Source: the human T2T-CHM13v2.0 reference genome, Homo sapiens
DNA length: 64,000 bases
NCBI GenBank assembly: GCA_009914755.4
Contig: CP086569.2
Span: 20,512,001 to 20,576,000, forward strand
Direction of reading: 5' to 3'
The position numbers and the translations under genes are program-made. How positions within the stretch are numbered: position 1 is the stretch's first letter; every line of letters starts with the position of its first letter. Shown here piece after piece: positions 55,316-64,000 of the stretch. The notes under the pieces were generated by a model, which worked only from the letters and a program-made list of their open reading frames with translations, ran no database searches and was not told the DNA's origin.

Positions 55316-55449
55316 TGATGGTCCCTGAGTCTCTGAGTTGGGTAGGAAACTGGGTGATATGTTTCATCAATTTGTTTTCTGCTTGTAAGCAGAGGTCACA
55401 GCAACACCATAGACAATAGCAGGTAAAAATACCAATGTCAAGTATTAGA

Positions 55450-56931
55450 CAAAAAAATTAATAATACTTTATGCCACCAAAATCCCCAGGATCCAAATCA
55501 AAAGGAGAGCCATTGGGGGAAAGAAATTGTAGAGTCAGAACAAAACTGGACAGAGAAGGAGTTTGACGAATTGACAGAAGTATGGTTCAGAAGGTGGGTA
55601 AGAACAAACTCCTCCAAGCTAAAGGCACATATTCAAACCCAATGCAAGGAAGCTAAGAACCTTGAAAAAAGGTTTAAGGAATTGCTAATTAGAATAACCA
55701 GTTTAGAGAAGAACATAAATGACCTGATGGAGCTGAAAAACACAGCAGGAGAACTTCATGAAGCATACAAAAGTATGAATAACTGAATCATTCAAGTGAA
55801 AGAAAGGGTATCAGTGATTGAAGATCAACTTAATGAAATAAAGCATGAAGACATCATTAAAGAAAAATGAATAGAAAGGAATAAACCTTCAAGAAATATG
55901 AGACTATGTGAAAAGACCAGACCTATGTTTGGTTGGTGTACCTTAAAGTGATGTGGAAAATGGAACCAAGTTGGAAATCACTTCAAAATATTACCCAGGA
56001 GAGCTTCCCCAAACTAGCAAGACAGGCCAGCGTTCAAAATCAGGAAATACAGAGAACATCACAAAGATACTCCTTGAGAAGAGCAACCCCAAGACACATA
56101 GTCTTCAGATTCATCATGGTTGAAATGAAGGAAAAAATGTTAAGGGCAGCCAGAGAGGAAGGTTGAGTTACCCAGAAAGGGAAACACATCAGACCAACAG
56201 TGGATCTCTCTGCAGAAACCTACAAACCGGGGCAGGGGGCGGGGGGGGGGGGGCAATATTCAACATTCTTACAGAAAAGAATTATCAACCCAGAATTTCA
56301 TATCCAGTCAAACTTCATAAGCTTCATAAGCGACAATCCTAAGCAAAAAGAAGAAAACTGGAGGCATCACACTACCTGACTTCAAACTATACTACAAGGC
56401 TATAGTAACCAAAACAGCATGGTACTGGTACCAAAACTGATATATAGACAAAAAGAACAGAACAGAGGCCTCAGAAGTAACACCACACATCTACAATCAT
56501 CTGATCTTTGATAAACCTGACACAAACAAGCAATGTGAAAAAGATTCCCTATTTATAAATGGTGTTGGGAAAACTGGCTAGCCATATGCAGAAACTGGAC
56601 CCCTTCCTCACACCTTATGCAAAAATTAACTCAAGATGGATTAAAGACTTAAACGTAAGATGTACAACCATAAAAATCCTAAAAGAAAACCTGGGCAATA
56701 CCATCAGGACATTGGCATGGGCAAAGTCTTCATATCTAAAACACCTTAAAAAATGACAACAAAAGCTAAAATAGACAAATGGGACCTAATTTAACTAAAG
56801 AGCTTCTGCACAGCCAAAGAAACTATCATCAGAGTGAACAGGCAACTTACAGAATGGGAGAAAATTTTTGCAATTTACCCATCTGACAAAAGGCTAATAT
56901 CCAGCACCTTCAAATAACTTAAGCAACTTTA

Positions 56932-56965
<34 letters not shown>

Positions 56966-57807
56966 ATCAAAAATTGGCCAAAGGAAATGAAAAGACAACT
57001 CTCAATAAAAGACACTTGTGCAGCCAACAAACATATTTAAATAAGCTCATAATCATTGGTCATTAAAGAAATGCAAATCAAAACCACAATGAGATACCAT
57101 CTCATGCCAGTTAGAATGAGGATCATTAAAAGGTCAGGAAACAACAGATACTGGAGAGAATGTGGAGAAATATGAACCCTTTTGCACTGTTGGTGGGAGT
57201 GTAAATTGGTTCAGCCATTATGGAAGACAGTGTCATGATCCCTCAAGGATCTAGAACTAGAGATACAATTTGACCCAGCAATGTCATTACTAGGTATATA
57301 CCCAAAATATTATCATTCCACTATAAACACACATGCTCAAGTATGTTTATTGTGGCCCCGTTCGCAATAGCAAAGACTTGGAACCAACCCAAATGTCCAT
57401 CAATGATAGATTGGATAAAGAAAATGTGGCACATATACACCACGTAATACTATGCAGCCATGAAAAAGGATGAGTTCTTGTACTTTGCAGGACATGAAGC
57501 TGGGAATCATCGTCCTCAGCAAACTGTCACAAAAACAGAAAGTCAAACACCACATGTTCTCACTCATAAGTGGTAGTTGAACAAGAAGAACACAAGGACA
57601 TGGGTAGGGGAACATCACACACTGGGGCCTCTCAGGGTGTCGGGGGCTAGGGGAGGGATAGCATTAGGAGAAATACTTAATGTAGGTGATGGGTTGATTG
57701 GTGCAGCCAATGACCATGGCACGTGTGTGTAACAAAACTGCACGTTCTGCACACGTACATCAGGACTTAGCAACGACAAAAAAAAAAAAAAACTGCCAAA
57801 AAAAATA
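55450..57807 (+). mobile_element. L1 (L1PA/L1PB-like) with an internal deletion of about 2.5 kb joining the ORF1 end to the ORF2 C-terminal third; ends in a 3'UTR and A-tail
   Basis: ORF1 ORF 55571-55786 MTEVWFRRWVRTNSSKLKAHIQTQCKEAKNLEKRFKELLIRITSLEKNINDLMELKNT. ORF1 C-terminus at about 56100-56330, then directly ORF2 ...[28 protein letters not shown]... from about 56338. A G-run at 56229-56253 replaces the usual ggggccaatattc. An internal A-run is expanded to about 31 A's at 56933-56963. 3' end and A-tail at 57770-57807. Confidence 0.8.
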
Positions 57808-59980
57808 CAGAAATAGTAGAGTCAGAGATTGCTATTATTTTTTCATCCATATGTTTGTAGGGTTATAGTTTTATTGCCACAACTGTCAGGAATGTGTACA
57901 CAACTTCCACTCTTAATAATGGCACTAGTTGTCCCCTGTGCAGAAGTTAATGTATTTAATGTCACACAATTTTGTAGAATGTAGACATAAGGGACACTTC
58001 AAAGTTCATTAAAGAAATACCTCGGAAGCAGTCATTGAGAGCACATTGTAATTAAGGATTTCTACATGCCACATCATTCTTAATGCCTAGAGATGATACA
58101 AAGACAAATAATCATAACAATGAAAGTCAAGGTGTACTCTCAGAAAATGAAGGTTTCTTGAAAAGACTGTTCACTATTGTTCAGCTGCTTCTGCTGGGCT
58201 TTTGCTTTCCATTGGATTAATGTTCTTAATTATAAAATGAGAGCATGATCCTCCTCCAGCTTCAAGGTAACATCTATGTCATCATCGGACTCAATAGTTC
58301 ATTCCCAATAATTCTAGGTCTTAATATCCCAATCCAGGTTAGTACTTTTGCTCAACAGGGTTACAAAACTCCCAGTAATACAAAATTGGCAGACTAGCTT
58401 CCAAATGTTCTTCTGGAGTTTTGAGCTTATTTAACAAGTTAGACACTAACAAAGACATGGAGGCCCTCATATCCTTGTCTAACTGTAATTCTTCCTCTAA
58501 CTTTCACATCATCACCTCAGCTGCTAACTGTGCTTCTGTGATCACTCACAGCTCAAAAGAACAAGCCCAGTGTTGTCATTGTACAGCCATCTTCCTTTCT
58601 GTGTGCCATTTAGTTTTCTAATAACAAGTGCTCTACATTGCCTGGCATTTTTAGGACAACTCCATACTCATGCAGTGGTCCACTTGCATTTAGAAAATGG
58701 GCAACACCACCCTACCCAGATGATAACGACCCAGAGATTTCCCCTGCTGATCACTTTTTCCACTTGTCCATACATTGGTTCTTAGTTTCCTGCTGGCTAC
58801 CTTGCCAGTTGTCTTGTGAAAAGGCTATATATGTAAAGTAATTCCTAAATGCAGAAGTGGCCTAAAAATGAAGAATCAGGCAGACAAATCCAGGTTGTCA
58901 ATGGGAGTTGATTTTCTAGGGAACTAACAAACAGAACACGGTCTTGGGTGGTTACAAGTCTGGTACTTTGAGGTGCTGTTACCCCCAAACTCAAGTATCA
59001 AACACTATAGGGAAAGTGTCTATGTGCTCTATAAAATTTTGCAGAACGATTAAATATTCAGGAAAAGATAAGAATGCTATATAAAAAATATTCTGCAATT
59101 TTTGCAGTAATATCAGAGTTGTTTGACCTAAGGTCAGGATTTACATTAAGTACATGCAAAAGTAAGTACAGTAGAAATCTTAGACATTTCCTGAGCTGGT
59201 GTTAATCAGAAGTAGACATTGCAGACTAGCATTAAAGATGGAAGAATTTAAGCCTCCACAGTCAGTTTCCTTTTCCTGTGCATAAATGTTATCTCTCCAT
59301 ATAGCAGTCATGGGGTCACTATAAAACTACTAAAGTTCTGGGGACTACTCAATTAGCGAATTGTTCTCTCTTCAACTAAACTCTGTTTAGTTTAATTTGA
59401 GTAAAAGTTTTGTTTTATCAGTGTGGAGTCTGCATATTTTTCCCACATCTGTGTGAACTTTTTACAGGTATTTTTTTTTTCTTACCACATCTCAAAGATG
59501 TGTATTTTAGGTTAATTGTCACGTCTAAACTGTCCCAGTACATGTGTGTGTTTACTTTGTGTGAAAATGGCATCCTATATAGGCTTGGCTCCAACCTTGT
59601 GTTCTAAACTGCTGGAAGAAGCTCTAGCCACTTGCAACCCTGAAGTGAAACAAGTAGAATAAAAACAAATGAAGGAATAATGAGTACAAGTTATTGTAAA
59701 TTAAAAATTTGTGAAGTATAGAATAATCTTCAAAATGCACAATAAACAATGAACAACGAGTATGTAAACAACAATGGGTATGTAAGCACTCAGCAAGACC
59801 ACCACACTTGCTATTGTTTGTTTTTGAACTACACAGTAGTAGGAGGTGATCATTATAATGTTTACTTTGTGAACATTATTTCATTTATTTAATCTACCAC
59901 TACTATAATTACTATCACCCGCTGGTTTACCAAAAGTCTGATAATAAGTATCTTGTAGGGAAGGGCCAGTATGGGCTGAA

Positions 59981-62906
<2,926 letters not shown>

Positions 62907-62915
62907 GACACACAT

Positions 62916-64000
62916 TGGCTCCAAACAAAGAGATGAAGAAAAATTTACTAAGCAAATGGAAAGCAGAAAAAAGCAAGGTTGAAATGATAGTTTCTGACAA
63001 AATGAACTTTAAAACAACAAAGATCAAAAAAGACAAAGGGCATTACTTAATAGTAAAAGGATTAATTCCATAAGAACAGTTCCGTACCCTAAATATATAG
63101 GTACCCAATACAGGAACACGTAGATTTATAAAACAAGTTCTTATGGACCTAAAAAAAGACTTAGACTCTCACACAATAATATTGGGAGATTTTAACACCA
63201 CATTGTCAGTGTCAGACAGATCATTGAGAAGGAAATTAACAAGGATATTTAGGACTTGAACTTGGCTCTAGATCAAGTGGACCTGATACAAATCTACAGG
63301 ACTCTCCACCCAAAAATAATAGAATGTACATTTTTCTTACTCCACATGGCACTTACTCTAAAATTGATCACATACTTAGAAGTAAAACACTCTTCAGCAA
63401 ATGAAAAATAACTGAAATCATAAAAAACAGTCTTTCAGACCATGGCACAATAAAATAAGAACTCAGGGACTCACTCAAAAGCACACAACTACACGGAAAT
63501 TAGACAACCTCCTTCTGAATATGATTCCTGGGTAAATAATGAAATTAAGGCAGTAATCAAGAAGTTATGTGAAACTAGTGAGAACAAAGAGACAATGTAC
63601 TTGAATCTCTGGGACACAGCTAAAGCAGTGTTAAGAGGAAAACTTATAGGACTAAAATGCCCACATCAGAATGTTAGAAAGATCTCAAATTGACACCCTA
63701 ACATCTCAACTAACAGAAGGAGTGAACAAACATCAAACAAATGCCAAAGCTAACAGAAGGCAAGAAATAAGGATCAGAGTGTAACTGAAGGACATAGAGA
63801 CACAAAAAACCCTTTAATAAAATCAATGAATCCAGCAAGGTTTTTTTTTTGAAATCTTAATAAAATAGACAGACTGCTAGTTAGACTAATCAAGAGGAAA
63901 TGAGAGAATAAAAAACATACAATAAAAATGATAAAAAAGATAATTACCACTGACCCCATAAAAAAACACAAAAACCATCAAAAATACCATAAATACCTCT
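62916..64000 (+). mobile_element. Old L1, part 2: ORF2 endonuclease domain onward (continues past the window end)
   Basis: Continues the ORF2 frame interrupted at 61236 (...HLTCKDTH | WLQTKR...). Later ...LIVKGLIP...YIGTQYRNT...ILGDFNTTLSVSDRSLRRKLTRIFRT..., the L1 ORF2 endonuclease domain. Confidence 0.8.

Overview
No host protein-coding exon can be supported in this window, and there is no CRISPR array, operon-like gene cluster or defence-type system of any kind. What is here is primate (almost certainly human) AT-rich, gene-poor genomic DNA in which about 80% of bases are recognisable interspersed repeats. Every long ORF in the supplied six-frame track falls inside a transposable-element reading frame (L1 ORF1/ORF2, ERV gag/pro/pol) or runs through an Alu.

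Main content, in order:
- Several Alu copies (2566-2858, 3150-3452, 4586-4750, 4998-5186, 34559-34843, 42487-42806, plus a 40-bp fragment at 33155).
- A MITE-like DNA transposon with terminal inverted repeats (1311-1846).
- An L1 3' portion on the minus strand carrying a nested Alu and a partial internal duplication (2913-4510).
- An isolated L1 5'UTR fragment (7545-8136) directly followed by a class I (gamma-like) endogenous retrovirus on the plus strand (about 8150-14566). It has recognisable gag (capsid and nucleocapsid zinc-knuckle remnants), protease (LLDTGD), reverse-transcriptase motifs (LDLKDAFF, YVDN), RNase H and integrase, and is cut off by a minus-strand L1 fragment.
- A roughly 17-kb nest of L1 elements (15690-32300). 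It includes a near full-length L1PA on the minus strand (18890-24826) and a second L1PA copy lacking its 3' half (26258-29566), wedged between two old L1 fragments of opposite orientation.
- An L1PA on the minus strand with an internal deletion (35403-40113).
- A second class I ERV internal region on the minus strand (about 41550-45150, with integrase and RNase H legible), followed by a 4 x ~275-bp tandem array (45100-46190).
- Old L1 fragments on the minus strand (46900-51110).
- A HERV-K-like (betaretrovirus-like) pol fragment on the minus strand (51110-54240) with a well-preserved 164-aa integrase ORF.
- A THE1/MST-type MaLR LTR (54935-55315).
- An L1 on the plus strand with a ~2.5-kb internal deletion (55450-57807).
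- An old L1 on the plus strand (59981-64000) interrupted by a very young, L1HS/L1PA2-like, twin-primed (5'-inverted) L1 insertion (61237-62906). That insertion has open ORF2 fragments and a perfect 12-bp target-site duplication.

The most interesting items are structural: the young twin-primed L1, the tandem array beside the second ERV, the HERV-K-like integrase, and the odd breakpoints in the L1 nest. All coordinates are by eye from the printed sequence and are approximate (about +/-20 bp).
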